NCBI GenBank assembly: GCA_964469465.1
Contig: CAYYBB010000001.1
Coordinates: 1-46,891, forward strand
Reading direction: 5' to 3'
Origin: an uncultured Actinomycetota bacterium
Lineage (GTDB): Bacteria; Actinomycetota; Humimicrobiia; Hakubellales; Hakubellaceae
Length of the DNA stretch: 46,891 nucleotides
A model generated the notes under the pieces. The model worked only from the letters and a program-made list of their open reading frames with translations. It was not told the origin of the DNA and ran no database searches. Shown here piece by piece: positions 27,479 to 36,822 of the stretch. Numbering within the stretch: position 1 is the first letter of the stretch; each line of letters begins with the position of its first letter. Made by a program: the position numbers and the translations under genes.

Positions 27479-28936
27479 TCAAGACAGGGGACACATCGTA
27501 ACCCTTTCCCTCTCCGCTGTCTGAAGCTGTTTCTCTCTCTTTCTTTTGGGGGAGGCATTATACCTTTTGGCCCACTGATACTCCTCATCCCAGACCTTCT
27601 CATAGATCTCCGCCAGGTGGCGGGCATATCCGTGCAGTTGGGGCACAAACTCCCCGACCAGCTTCTCCGCTCCCTCATGAGTGGGCCGAGCACCATATCT
27701 TCTGACTAGGCTGGCCATGGCCCCCGGATAGTCGATCAGAGGACAGGGCCGGATGTCCACATACCCAAAGGGCTGCTTGCTGCGGATGCCCTTAAAGAAG
27801 TCGGAGTTAAGGGCTTCTTTGAGGCTCTTTTCCTTGATATTATCTACCGCATAATGGGCAAAGATGCAGGGCTCTATATCGCCCCGATTATTGATATGAA
27901 AATAGGTCTTTCCTCCAGCCAGACAGCCTTCCACCAGGGGGCCGTCTCCGAAGAAGTCTACCAGAAGGATGGGTTTGGTCTCCCGCAGATAACTGACTCG
28001 GGCTCGCACATGGTCCCTTTGCTCTGGAGTAGGCATGAGATCCAGATCAGGCTCCCGACCAATGGGCATGTAGTTAAAATACCAGCCCAAAACGGCCCCT
28101 TTGTCAATCATCAGATCGATGAACTCATCACTGACGATGACCTTACAATTCTGGCGGGTGGAGCAACAGGAAAAACAGAAGGGAACCCCTTGAGCCCTCA
28201 GCAGGTCCATGGCCCTCATGACTGCAGCAAAGGTACCTTCCCCCCGGCGGGCATCCATCTCCTCCTCAAAGCCGTCAATACTGATGGCCGGGACAATGTT
28301 GCCCAATCGGGCTATCCTCTGGGCCGCCTCTTCATCGATCACGGTGCCATTAGTATAAATCTGAAAGATGATATCGTTATGTTTCTCTAAAATGTCCCAG
28401 AGAGGTTTGTAAACAAAGGGCTCCCCTCCTAAGATAACCATAAACTGAAGGCCGATATCCTTACTTTCCTGGATCACTCGATCCACGATCTCCGGCTCCA
28501 GGTCCGAGGCCATGGTGTAGTTGGCCGCATAGCAACCCACACAGCGCAGGTTACACCGCATGGTGGGGCTGATCAGGCCCACAAAGGGAGGCTCCAGCCC
28601 ATATTCCTCGATGTAGGAAGCCATTCTCTTAGGCCGGTGGAAAAGCCCCTCCACCACGAAGTTCACCAGAAGCTTCCTTTTGCAATTGGGGTTCATCTCC
28701 TTCAAGACCCGTCTGGCCAGATGGATGCTGGGGTGGCCAGTTTCAAAGGCCTCCCGCACCGCTCTTACCATCCCCTTATACTCATCAGCGCTCATGCGTT
28801 CCAGAAAACTGACCGCCTTGATCATGGTGTGGTCCGAGGTGCGGGAAAACAGGTTCAAAACAGTGCTTATGAATTGCTCTCTCGAATAGTCCTTGATCCT
28901 TTCTGTGAAACGTTCTGGTCCATAAGATGCAGACAT
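27479..28936 (-). CDS. Radical SAM protein with C-terminal SPASM/twitch-like domain, function unknown
   Basis: CNLRCVGC (CxxxCxxC), GGEPF, YTNGT, GCLAGG...GDIEPC...PCP. Confidence 0.9.
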   Translation of the reverse strand: MSASYGPERFTERIKDYSREQFISTVLNLFSRTSDHTMIKAVSFLERMSADEYKGMVRAVREAFETGHPSIHLARRVLKEMNPNCKRKLLVNFVVEGLFHRPKRMASYIEEYGLEPPFVGLISPTMRCNLRCVGCYAANYTMASDLEPEIVDRVIQESKDIGLQFMVILGGEPFVYKPLWDILEKHNDIIFQIYTNGTVIDEEAAQRIARLGNIVPAISIDGFEEEMDARRGEGTFAAVMRAMDLLRAQGVPFCFSCCSTRQNCKVIVSDEFIDLMIDKGAVLGWYFNYMPIGREPDLDLMPTPEQRDHVRARVSYLRETKPILLVDFFGDGPLVEGCLAGGKTYFHINNRGDIEPCIFAHYAVDNIKEKSLKEALNSDFFKGIRSKQPFGYVDIRPCPLIDYPGAMASLVRRYGARPTHEGAEKLVGEFVPQLHGYARHLAEIYEKVWDEEYQWAKRYNASPKRKREKQLQTAERERVTMCPLS

Positions 28937-29001
28937 CTCTTTCCCCCTTTCCCCAACCTGATGTCTTCGAAGAATAAGTATTATGCTTTATGTTATATAA
29001 T

Positions 29002-29030
29002 ATATTATCCCCAACAACTCCTCTTTGCAA
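29002..29030 (-). promoter_or_regulatory. Candidate sigma70 promoter of the radical SAM gene
   Basis: Minus strand TTGCAA-17 nt-TAATAT. Confidence 0.4.
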
Positions 29031-29134
29031 CTACGGGGTAAGTGAAAAGTCCTTTGATTACATACTATTGCCAGGAATTTCCGGTTAAGACGCTTAAGTT
29101 AATAGGTGAGGGAGGAAGTCCTTAAGGAGGTTGA

Positions 29135-29639
<505 letters not shown>

Positions 29640-29709
29640 GTTTGCCTGCCAGAGAAAATAGAGCACGGGCAACGCTGCCATAAGAAGTCATAGGAGCAAG
29701 TGGCGATTT

Positions 29710-29911
29710 GCCCAACATCCGGCTGGCACACATGCTACGCTCTGGCCCCGCACGTGGGTGCTGGCCCGATCATGGTTCTGCCAGTGAACGACGGCGCGGT
29801 ACGTCGCCAACCTTGAACGTTAAGTGGACATGCTTCGCTTGCCCGCTTAACGTGGTACAAGCCCATCCGAGGGCACGGCTCCGTCGCGAAGCGACCTCGC
29901 CTATCAGCCGG
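29710..29911. other. GC-rich structured intergenic element with attC-like features
   Basis: GCCCAAC start, outer CCGGCTG/CAGCCGG pairing, internal hairpin ACGTTAAGTGGACA-tgcttcgct-TGCCCGCTTAACGT, and a GTCGC-GAA-GCGAC hairpin. Confidence 0.35.
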
Positions 29912-29934
29912 TATCCCACTGTACTTTGTCCCAG

Positions 29935-30123
29935 CTAATCTTCCTCCAACCTCTGCAAGCAGACATACGCTAGTCTAACCCCTTCCTCAAATTTGGCCAT
30001 GGATTCATCCAGGGTGAGCTTTCCTTGTTCAAGCTCAGTCACAATGGTTTCAAGCCTGGACAAAGCCTCCTTTAAACTCGTATTCTCTGCTGTATTCTTC
30101 ATTGGTGAGCGTTCTTCAGCCAT
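29935..30123 (-). CDS. xseB: Exodeoxyribonuclease VII small subunit (C-terminally short)
   Basis: SLKEALSRLETIVTELEQGKLTLDESMAKFEEGVRL...C signature. Confidence 0.85.
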   Translation of the reverse strand: MAEERSPMKNTAENTSLKEALSRLETIVTELEQGKLTLDESMAKFEEGVRLAYVCLQRLEED

Positions 30124-30158
30124 CCCTGGTGTCCCCTGGAGTCTGAGTGTCCTCTGTC

Positions 30159-31796
30159 CTAATCATTTGCCTCTGCTCCATAAGCAATGAAAAGATGGTC
30201 AGGCTTTTCCATATCAATGGCCTCAGATATCTCCTTCAAAAGATCCAATCCTCCCTTAACCAGAAAAGAGAAAATGTTAATAACTCCCTCCTGAGGTCTA
30301 TCCAGAGGAAAGATATGAGTCCTGAGTTTCGAAATCTGTCTGATTTCAACTCCCCCTTTCTCAGCCGCTCTCTCTTCTATTCTCTTGGACATCTCCCGGA
30401 GTTTCTTATCCGTAGTTCTCTTGCACCTGGCTAGCGCCTTGCCCAAAGTGGGATCCAGCTCTTCCACCTCTCTCATCATCTCATCCATCTCGGCCAGGAT
30501 GGCCGAATGCCGTTGCTGGAATCTGTCCACATGGGAATTCTGGTTGAACCTCCTAAGGATATGGCGGATACTTCTCTTTAACTCAAGAGGATCAATCTCG
30601 TACTTGCGAAGCCATCGGGTCACCTTAGGTTCCAGAAGGGTGCAACTGGCTCGCGGATAGATGATGGGCATGGTCATACCACGAGCCTGGTAGACCTCTT
30701 TAAGCTGAGCTATATAATTTATCTCTCCAGGACCGCCCACATAAACCACTGTGGGCAATAGAAAATCCTGAAATAGGGGGCGGAGATAAACACAGGTAGT
30801 AAATTTTTGGGGGGTCTCCCGCAAGATTTCTAGAAGTTCTTGACGACTATGCCCCCTCTCTGAAGTCCAGAAACCGCGGGCAGGATCGTGGTAGACCTGC
30901 CGCCTGCCTTCCTCTTCCACCAAAAAGAAGCTACAGGCATTATCAGTCTTGGATATAGGGCGGGCGTAGCCGAGAGACTCCAACTTATCACCAGCTTGCT
31001 CTACCAGTCGAGTCAATGTGAGGGGATCCTCGATCTCTTTTTCCAATAGCTCCCTGGCCAGCTCTTTGAACTCCCTCTTCATAGGGTCAAAAAGTATCAA
31101 TCCCTGTTCAGCAAAAAGTCCCATCATCAGGCGAGAGAAGAAATCACCCAGAGTATGGGCTTGAGCAAAGGAGTCATTGATCATGTCCAGTAAATCGGCT
31201 TTGAACTCTGAATCTATGAGCTCGGCTTCTAGAAAATTGATGATGGTCTGGTCTACCTCGTGAATCTCAATCTCCCCAATTGGCTTTCCCATATTCGTTG
31301 CTAAATTCAACTTGAAGGTCTTTACCTCGTCGTCTCTGGATAGCAGAGAGAAGCTATCAGCCTCACTCAAATCGCTGTCCTCCGTAGCAGCCCAGAAGAT
31401 AGGCACAAATCGGTAGGGGGGGTATCGTTCATTCAGCAGCCCACATAACTTAATTATGCTCAGAGCCTTGTAGATAGTGACGGCTGGCCCGGTAAGCAGG
31501 CCGGCTTGCTGACCAGTAACAACAGCATAAGTAGAGGAATCCTCCAGAGACTTTATAGCCTCCATGGTCTGAGAAGAAGCCGAGAGGCCGGCATTATAGC
31601 GGAGAAGGGCCTCAACTAATCTCCTGCGGTCTGTCTGGTATTCCTGGTCCTTAAGCCTAACAACCTGAGGGATATACTCTATATTAGGAGGGAAGGGAAA
31701 GTATTCTCTAAGCTTATCAAAGTGAACAAGATAATCGAAAGGTATCTGTCCTGGAGAAAGAAGATCGGTTTGGGGGCAAGAAGCCAATATGGTCAT
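30159..31796 (-). CDS. bshC: Bacillithiol biosynthesis cysteine-adding enzyme BshC
   Basis: VVTGQQAGLLTGP..TIYKA, VPIFWAATEDSD, LRPLFQDFLLP..YVGGPGEINYIAQL, C-terminal FP...PQE. Confidence 0.88.
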   Translation of the reverse strand: MTILASCPQTDLLSPGQIPFDYLVHFDKLREYFPFPPNIEYIPQVVRLKDQEYQTDRRRLVEALLRYNAGLSASSQTMEAIKSLEDSSTYAVVTGQQAGLLTGPAVTIYKALSIIKLCGLLNERYPPYRFVPIFWAATEDSDLSEADSFSLLSRDDEVKTFKLNLATNMGKPIGEIEIHEVDQTIINFLEAELIDSEFKADLLDMINDSFAQAHTLGDFFSRLMMGLFAEQGLILFDPMKREFKELARELLEKEIEDPLTLTRLVEQAGDKLESLGYARPISKTDNACSFFLVEEEGRRQVYHDPARGFWTSERGHSRQELLEILRETPQKFTTCVYLRPLFQDFLLPTVVYVGGPGEINYIAQLKEVYQARGMTMPIIYPRASCTLLEPKVTRWLRKYEIDPLELKRSIRHILRRFNQNSHVDRFQQRHSAILAEMDEMMREVEELDPTLGKALARCKRTTDKKLREMSKRIEERAAEKGGVEIRQISKLRTHIFPLDRPQEGVINIFSFLVKGGLDLLKEISEAIDMEKPDHLFIAYGAEAND

Positions 31797-31854
31797 GGAA
31801 TCATTTCCTTTGCAAGGGGGCGGAGCTTCTGAGATTCTGCAGGATTTTGCTAAC

Positions 31855-32127
31855 CTAATCCTCTAAATTGCTGAGCTCACCCCCACTGCCAGACTCAGTT
31901 CCCGCCCTGGCCTCGGACAGAGCTGACTTTGCCTTGTTTAACGGATTTTCACTTCTGGAATCTGTAGTATAAAAACCGGAGCCTTTAAAGACGATGCCTA
32001 CAGGAACATAAACCCTGACTGCCTGACCCCCACAGAGGTCGCAGAGGACCCCATTCCGGTCCTCCATGCTCCTGACTCTTTCGAAATAACGATTGCAAAC
32101 TGGACAATGGTAATCGTAGACAGGCAC
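31855..32127 (-). CDS. FmdB-family zinc-ribbon protein
   Basis: MPVYDYHCPVC...CDLCGG...VGIVFKGSGFYTTD. Confidence 0.88.
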   Translation of the reverse strand: MPVYDYHCPVCNRYFERVRSMEDRNGVLCDLCGGQAVRVYVPVGIVFKGSGFYTTDSRSENPLNKAKSALSEARAGTESGSGGELSNLED

Positions 32128-32178
32128 TCACAGATCACCTCACTACCAGTAAATTTTCCTGCCAATATACATCAAAGG

Positions 32179-32305
32179 AGGCGTTTTCGTCAATTGGGGC
32201 AGAACCGGTCTGACCATGCCAACTAAAGGACTTCGTTCATCTCGGAGAGAAGGGTTGAAAGAGTCAAGATGATTGAGGACAACGCAACCATGCACGAAAA
32301 CGTCT
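32179..32305. mobile_element. Possible small MITE-like remnant
   Basis: 11/12 inverted repeat AGGCGTTTTCGT (32179-32190) / ACGAAAACGTCT (32294-32305) in an intergenic gap. Confidence 0.3.
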
Positions 32306-32346
32306 AGACTGGGATATCAACCGCTTCCAATTGTCCGTATCCAGCC

Positions 32347-33330
32347 TCACTTTTCGCTGGCCTCGCTATCCGGAGCATTATCCTCGATAACTATATGCCT
32401 AATCTTGGAGAGCATTTGAAGAAAGGTCAAATTTCGCATATTATAACCGTATTGCAAAGCCTCTTCCGTCAAGTAACCTCCCTCGGCCTTTCCGTCACGC
32501 ATGTAAACACTGGGGTGAATCCCATCCTGACTTAGACCCTTGTTGGGCAGTGGTTGGAGAGCCAGCCAATAGTCTATTAACGGAATGTTGCGCTCTTGGG
32601 CTATCTCGCGGATAGTTGAATTGAATATGGATACCATATCACCTCTGCTGGCTAGCGAGACCATATCGGGGATGGTGCTCAGTATCGGGATAATGCCTTC
32701 TTGTTCTAAGATTGAGATGATTTGTTCGAGATTTCCTTTAAATGTCTGGATATCGGCTCCTCTCGCCAAATCGTTTGTGCCATACATTATGATCGCCAGT
32801 CGAGGCCTTAACGCTCTAATCTCCCGATAAAGAGCACTGTTTGCCCCGCCCTCGAGCGCGTCGACACTTGTCCAACCGGAGACAGCGGAAAGGCTCTGCC
32901 TGGTGAAAGAATTATTCGATTCTGTGCAAGGTGAGGACTCGGTGTCGACCATAGTAGCGCTGTAAAAGTCTATTACATCCTTCAGGTAGCCATAAGAGCC
33001 GAGATCATACTGGCCACACCCAATATCCACCAGGAAGTTCCTCGATGCGGTAATGCTATCTCCGATCTTGGCGAAGACGTCGCTCCTCATCCCATTATCC
33101 TGCCCTCTTTCCAATATCTTCTGCAAATGAGACTTCACCTCAGCATCAATATTGCCGATAATCACCTCTTGCTCCAGAGATTCCTTGGATACTTGTGCTG
33201 TTGCTTCTTCAGAAGTAGTTACTGCAGGTGAAGGGTGTTCCTGCACTTCCGTTGATTTGCATGCCATCACAACTATCAGAACGATCAGAAAAATGGAAAT
33301 TAAGAAAGATAATCTCTTTAGTTTGTCCAT
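32347..33330 (-). CDS. SGNH/GDSL-family hydrolase, predicted lipoprotein
   Basis: Signal peptide with VMAC lipobox; KIGDSIT (block I), MYGTND (block III), DGIH (block V). Confidence 0.85.
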   Translation of the reverse strand: MDKLKRLSFLISIFLIVLIVVMACKSTEVQEHPSPAVTTSEEATAQVSKESLEQEVIIGNIDAEVKSHLQKILERGQDNGMRSDVFAKIGDSITASRNFLVDIGCGQYDLGSYGYLKDVIDFYSATMVDTESSPCTESNNSFTRQSLSAVSGWTSVDALEGGANSALYREIRALRPRLAIIMYGTNDLARGADIQTFKGNLEQIISILEQEGIIPILSTIPDMVSLASRGDMVSIFNSTIREIAQERNIPLIDYWLALQPLPNKGLSQDGIHPSVYMRDGKAEGGYLTEEALQYGYNMRNLTFLQMLSKIRHIVIEDNAPDSEASEK

Positions 33331-33607
33331 GGGACCTCAGCATTGATAAAAACCATATGAATCTGTTGCCAAAAGTCTACTGCTTGCCATTATATGGAGT
33401 TGCTATGAAAAACGCCAGTATTGGATTTGTGGGGGAGGGTTCGTGGGGGATCCTGGCAAGCCAAAATTGCTAGACCCCATAAAGATTGGAGATTGGTGGT
33501 ATGACTTTTCTCAGGAGATCAAACGACCGGAGATAGAGGATAGGTCCCCATTTCCTGGCAGCTTTGAAGAGGGCAAGATATTTTCCACAAGTGTGTCTGG
33601 CGGGGTG

Positions 33608-33683
33608 TCGTGACTAAGGGCAGGTACCTATAGGCAATCCATGAACAGTGGGTTTACTGAGATATAAGGTGCAAGTTTTGGAA
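33608..33683. repeat. Imperfect direct repeat, copy A (76 bp)
   Basis: tcgtgacta...ctatagg..ccatga.cagtgg...tgagatat.aggtg.aagttttggaa aligns to 34761-34838 at roughly 80% identity by eye. Confidence 0.85.
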
Positions 33684-33686
33684 CAG

Positions 33687-34187
33687 TCACTTGATATCCT
33701 CTAGATCCTCATACGGCGAGTGGTAGCCACCACGGATCATCCATTGTAACAGGGCGTTGCCTTCCTCCAAGGTGAGGAGTCCGCTCTCCACGGCCAGCTT
33801 CAAGACACCTAACGTCCCAGTGACCTCCAGACCTTCCTGTCGGAGCGTCTTCCGGGCAGCCCGGTCATCGGTCAACACCATCCATCCACGGTGCCTGGCC
33901 AGGGCCAGACAGGAGGCCTCGCCGTAGCCCAGCTTGCGGGCGTACTGGCGGAAGCTCTCCTCCTCTCCCGGCTTGTCAAACCCCACCAGTTCCAGCCAGG
34001 CGTCCTCTCCTACCTTTATCTCTGCCTCAGCTCTTTCCAAGAAAGCGTAGCCCTCCTCGATCCCCCGCAACAGCTCCTCCCGCACCTCGTGGGTCACGTA
34101 CACTTTGCCGAACAGCTCACGCAGGATGTCCAGGCGGCCGACCAGACTGAAGTTCGAGAGAACGGTGTTATTGACCACTCTGGCCAT
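33687..34187 (-). CDS. DUF3368 PIN-like protein (putative toxin)
   Basis: VVNNTVLSNF, V.EEL, LGYGEASCLALA, LTDDRAAR, GTLGVL. Confidence 0.85.
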   Translation of the reverse strand: MARVVNNTVLSNFSLVGRLDILRELFGKVYVTHEVREELLRGIEEGYAFLERAEAEIKVGEDAWLELVGFDKPGEEESFRQYARKLGYGEASCLALARHRGWMVLTDDRAARKTLRQEGLEVTGTLGVLKLAVESGLLTLEEGNALLQWMIRGGYHSPYEDLEDIK

Positions 34188-34476
34188 GCAGATGCCTCCG
34201 TAAGGTGGCTACCTCTTCCAGGGCTTCCTCCCGGGTCTCCGGCCCCAGACGAAGCTGGATGCCACGGCTTCGCAGAATCTCCTTCATCTGCTCAAAGCTC
34301 ACTCCAGCCAGGTTCGCAGCCTTGCCCAGGGAGATGTCCTCGGTCTGATACCAGTAGACAGCTAACTCCAGCCTCAGCCCTGGACGTACCTGAAGCAGGC
34401 AACGCAAGCCATCTTGTATGACTGCCTCTTCACTGTCATACAGCCCAGCCTTCACAAGATCTTCCGTGCTCAACAT
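34168..34476 (-). CDS. UPF0175-family protein (putative antitoxin)
   Basis: LAV.WY....ISLGKAANLAGVSFEQMKEILRSRGI; AGGAGG RBS before ATG 34476. Confidence 0.85.
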   Translation of the reverse strand: MLSTEDLVKAGLYDSEEAVIQDGLRCLLQVRPGLRLELAVYWYQTEDISLGKAANLAGVSFEQMKEILRSRGIQLRLGPETREEALEEVATLRRHLHGQSGQ

Positions 34477-34600
34477 CGGTTCAACCTCCTGCCAAATCCA
34501 GTAGCTTACAATGGGGCTAGGTACCTTTGACCCTCCCTGCGTGTCAAGAAGGGTCAAGAAGGGCCATAATACCTCCGAATATCCCAAAGGAGGTAAGCCT

Positions 34601-34822
34601 ATGGCTCGTAACCCACGCTCCAAGAAAAGAGTGGCACATTCTGGCTCCTTTGGCAAGAGCCGAATTAAATGTAAGCGTCACAATATCGGTGGGAAATCTT
34701 ATCTTTTTGCTGAAGAGGAGATCTTTCCCTATCCTTCTTTTCATCTCACCCCATTGCCTCTCGTGACTAGAGCGAGAGGTATCTATAGGAAACCCATGAG
34801 CAGTGGCTCTAGTGAGATATGA
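34601..34822 (+). CDS. Small basic hypothetical ORF (73 aa), possibly a decayed gene
   Basis: Strong AAAGGAGGT RBS just upstream of ATG 34601; no recognisable family. Confidence 0.3.
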   Translation: MARNPRSKKRVAHSGSFGKSRIKCKRHNIGGKSYLFAEEEIFPYPSFHLTPLPLVTRARGIYRKPMSSGSSEI

Positions 34823-34838
34823 GGTGGAAGTTTTGGAA
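34761..34838. repeat. Imperfect direct repeat, copy B (78 bp), overlapping the iolO 3' end
   Basis: Aligns with 33608-33683. Confidence 0.85.
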
Positions 34839-35627
34839 GAATGTAGCTGTCAGCTCGGCAGCTTTCCCAAAGTCAGGGCGGGGAAGGATTTCCGCAGATA
34901 GAAATCCTCTGTAGCCGGCCTTTCCCAATGTACCCACAATGTTAACAAAATCGAGATGTCCACAGCCCGGAGCCCATCGGTTACTATCAGCTACATGGAC
35001 ATGGCCGATCAGATCAGCCATGCTCTCAAGACTCTGAATTATGGAGGGCTCTTCGATATTCATGTGGAAGGTATCCGCCAGAACACGCAGATTTTTCTCC
35101 CCTACCTCGGCTATGAGCTCTGCTCCTTCCTGTAGGGTGTTAATGAAGTTTATCTCGTAGCGATTTAAGGGTTCAAGATAGATCTGGATACTCTCTTCCT
35201 GGGCAGCCTGGCAGCATTCTCTAATACCTTTAACCACCCATTTTCTCCCTTTAAAGGAGCCGACGCCTCCGACTATATTACCTCTAATAAGGCCGATGAT
35301 GACTCCGGCCCTAAAGATAGAGGCAAACTGAACATGTTTTTTAAGTCTTTCTCTGGTCTTTTGTCGCACATCTGGATCAGGAGAGCTCAGAGACAGGCCT
35401 TCTTCCAGATAAGCCTGACCGGTACCAATGGCTGGCACCTCTAAATCGTAAGTCTGGACTGCTTCTTTGACCAGCTCAACATCAACTGTCTCTGGATCCC
35501 GTACTGCTAGCTCCACCCCTTGATAGCCCAGCTCTCGGAGCTTCTTAAAGCTCTGTCTGACATCATGCGTCTCAGAGATAGCGGAGAAACTGGTCTCTTG
35601 CAGAGATATTACGAAGGCAAGCTTCAT
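34809..35627 (-). CDS. iolO: Sugar epimerase/isomerase, IolO-like 5-keto-L-gluconate epimerase
   Basis: GYQGVELAVRDP, AIGTGQAY, IIGLIRG, EPLNRYE, DTFHMNIEE, HVADSNRWAPG; context with iolM/iolN. Confidence 0.75.
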   Translation of the reverse strand: MKLAFVISLQETSFSAISETHDVRQSFKKLRELGYQGVELAVRDPETVDVELVKEAVQTYDLEVPAIGTGQAYLEEGLSLSSPDPDVRQKTRERLKKHVQFASIFRAGVIIGLIRGNIVGGVGSFKGRKWVVKGIRECCQAAQEESIQIYLEPLNRYEINFINTLQEGAELIAEVGEKNLRVLADTFHMNIEEPSIIQSLESMADLIGHVHVADSNRWAPGCGHLDFVNIVGTLGKAGYRGFLSAEILPRPDFGKAAELTATFFQNFHLISH

Positions 35628-35762
35628 TACGTAAGATCACCCGAAATGCCATCGTTCTCTTTACAATAAATTCAACAGACAACGCCAAGAAATCTTCCTG
35701 TTTCTGACATTGTTTTAAGCTTTAAGTTTGTGGGTGCTCAGGGGCCAGACCCCGGTCCTTCT

Positions 35763-36731
35763 CTAGGTGGGATAACCCAGGGTATAGATACTCCGGCCCC
35801 CTTCAGCCAAAGGACCTTTAATGACCGCCTCGATCTCTTCCCTGGGCCTTTGAGTCATCTCCTCCATCGGTGGGAGCTTACCTGGGGGAAAGGCAGCCCG
35901 GATATCATCATGTAGACGCACCATATAATCTAAAAGAGCCTCCAGGCCCTTTTGGGCCTTCTCAGCCTCAGCTAAAGTAGCCTGGCCCACCACTCCCTCC
36001 GGATAAGCAGCCACCTCAATGGGACCCAGTCCCACATGACCATACCAGGCAATAGGCCGCTGCAAGAGATTGCCAGCCTTGTCCACATGACCCTCAGGCA
36101 AATATCCTCTGGGTTTGGTATCCACCGCCGCTTCCATGTCCATGAGCTCCGGAAAAAGGGCCAGGCACCAGGAGGTCTCCACCTCATCGGAGTGGACAAA
36201 GTGGGTCTCGTAGCTACCCCCCTCTTCTTTAGTCTTGAAGTGCTCGGGAATAGCATGATACCAGTTTAGATTAACAAAGACCCCGGGTACCTGGTAGCGC
36301 TTGGCAAACTGGTGGATGGCCGTGGGAATCACGTATTCCTGGCCATGGCCGTTTAAAAGGATCTGCTTGCGGAAACCCATATTCCACAGTCCGGCAATTA
36401 CGGCCCGGAGCTGGCCTAAGAAGATCTCCTCCGGTACTACGATAGTCCCCGGCATACCCATGTGGTGGTAGGGATGAGAACCGTACCAGATGGGCTGAGC
36501 CACGGTGCAGCCCACTTCTAAGGCCACCAGCTCCGCCATCCGAGTGACTAAAAAGGTATCCTCACCTAAAGGAGCATGAGGGCCATGAGCTTCGGTAGAG
36601 CCTACCGGAACAATGATGATATCGTTCTCCTTAAGGCGCTTTTCCACCTCAGCCCAGGTCATATTCTGAAGATAAACCCCGCTTGCTCTATCTAGATGTC
36701 CGCCCCGGGGCGGGATCTTCCATTTAGGCAT
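35763..36731 (-). CDS. iolN: Creatininase-family hydrolase, IolN-like 3-dehydro-scyllo-inosose hydrolase
   Basis: KWKIPP.GGH N-terminus, PVGSTEAHG, EDT, WYGSHPYHHMGMPGT, NGHGQE, HSDEVETS. Confidence 0.8.
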   Translation of the reverse strand: MPKWKIPPRGGHLDRASGVYLQNMTWAEVEKRLKENDIIIVPVGSTEAHGPHAPLGEDTFLVTRMAELVALEVGCTVAQPIWYGSHPYHHMGMPGTIVVPEEIFLGQLRAVIAGLWNMGFRKQILLNGHGQEYVIPTAIHQFAKRYQVPGVFVNLNWYHAIPEHFKTKEEGGSYETHFVHSDEVETSWCLALFPELMDMEAAVDTKPRGYLPEGHVDKAGNLLQRPIAWYGHVGLGPIEVAAYPEGVVGQATLAEAEKAQKGLEALLDYMVRLHDDIRAAFPPGKLPPMEEMTQRPREEIEAVIKGPLAEGGRSIYTLGYPT

Positions 36732-36822
36732 TACTTTTTCTCCTTTCTATTACCCACAGTATCGTGCTGTTGATCAATTAATGAGATGATTAGAGGACGC
36801 GTGGGCCTCGTGGTCCAAACCC

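Noticed and set aside
27243..27494. 83-aa Cys-containing ORF downstream of the radical SAM gene as a RiPP precursor
   Set aside because: No leader/core pattern, transporter, protease or RRE evidence, and it overlaps a structured non-coding region.
29810..29885. Group II intron domain V or 6S RNA reading of the structured region
   Set aside because: GAGCCGTG on the minus strand is not followed by the D5 stem/GNRA pattern, and ACCTTGAAC...GGTACAAG lacks a matching 6S 5' arm.
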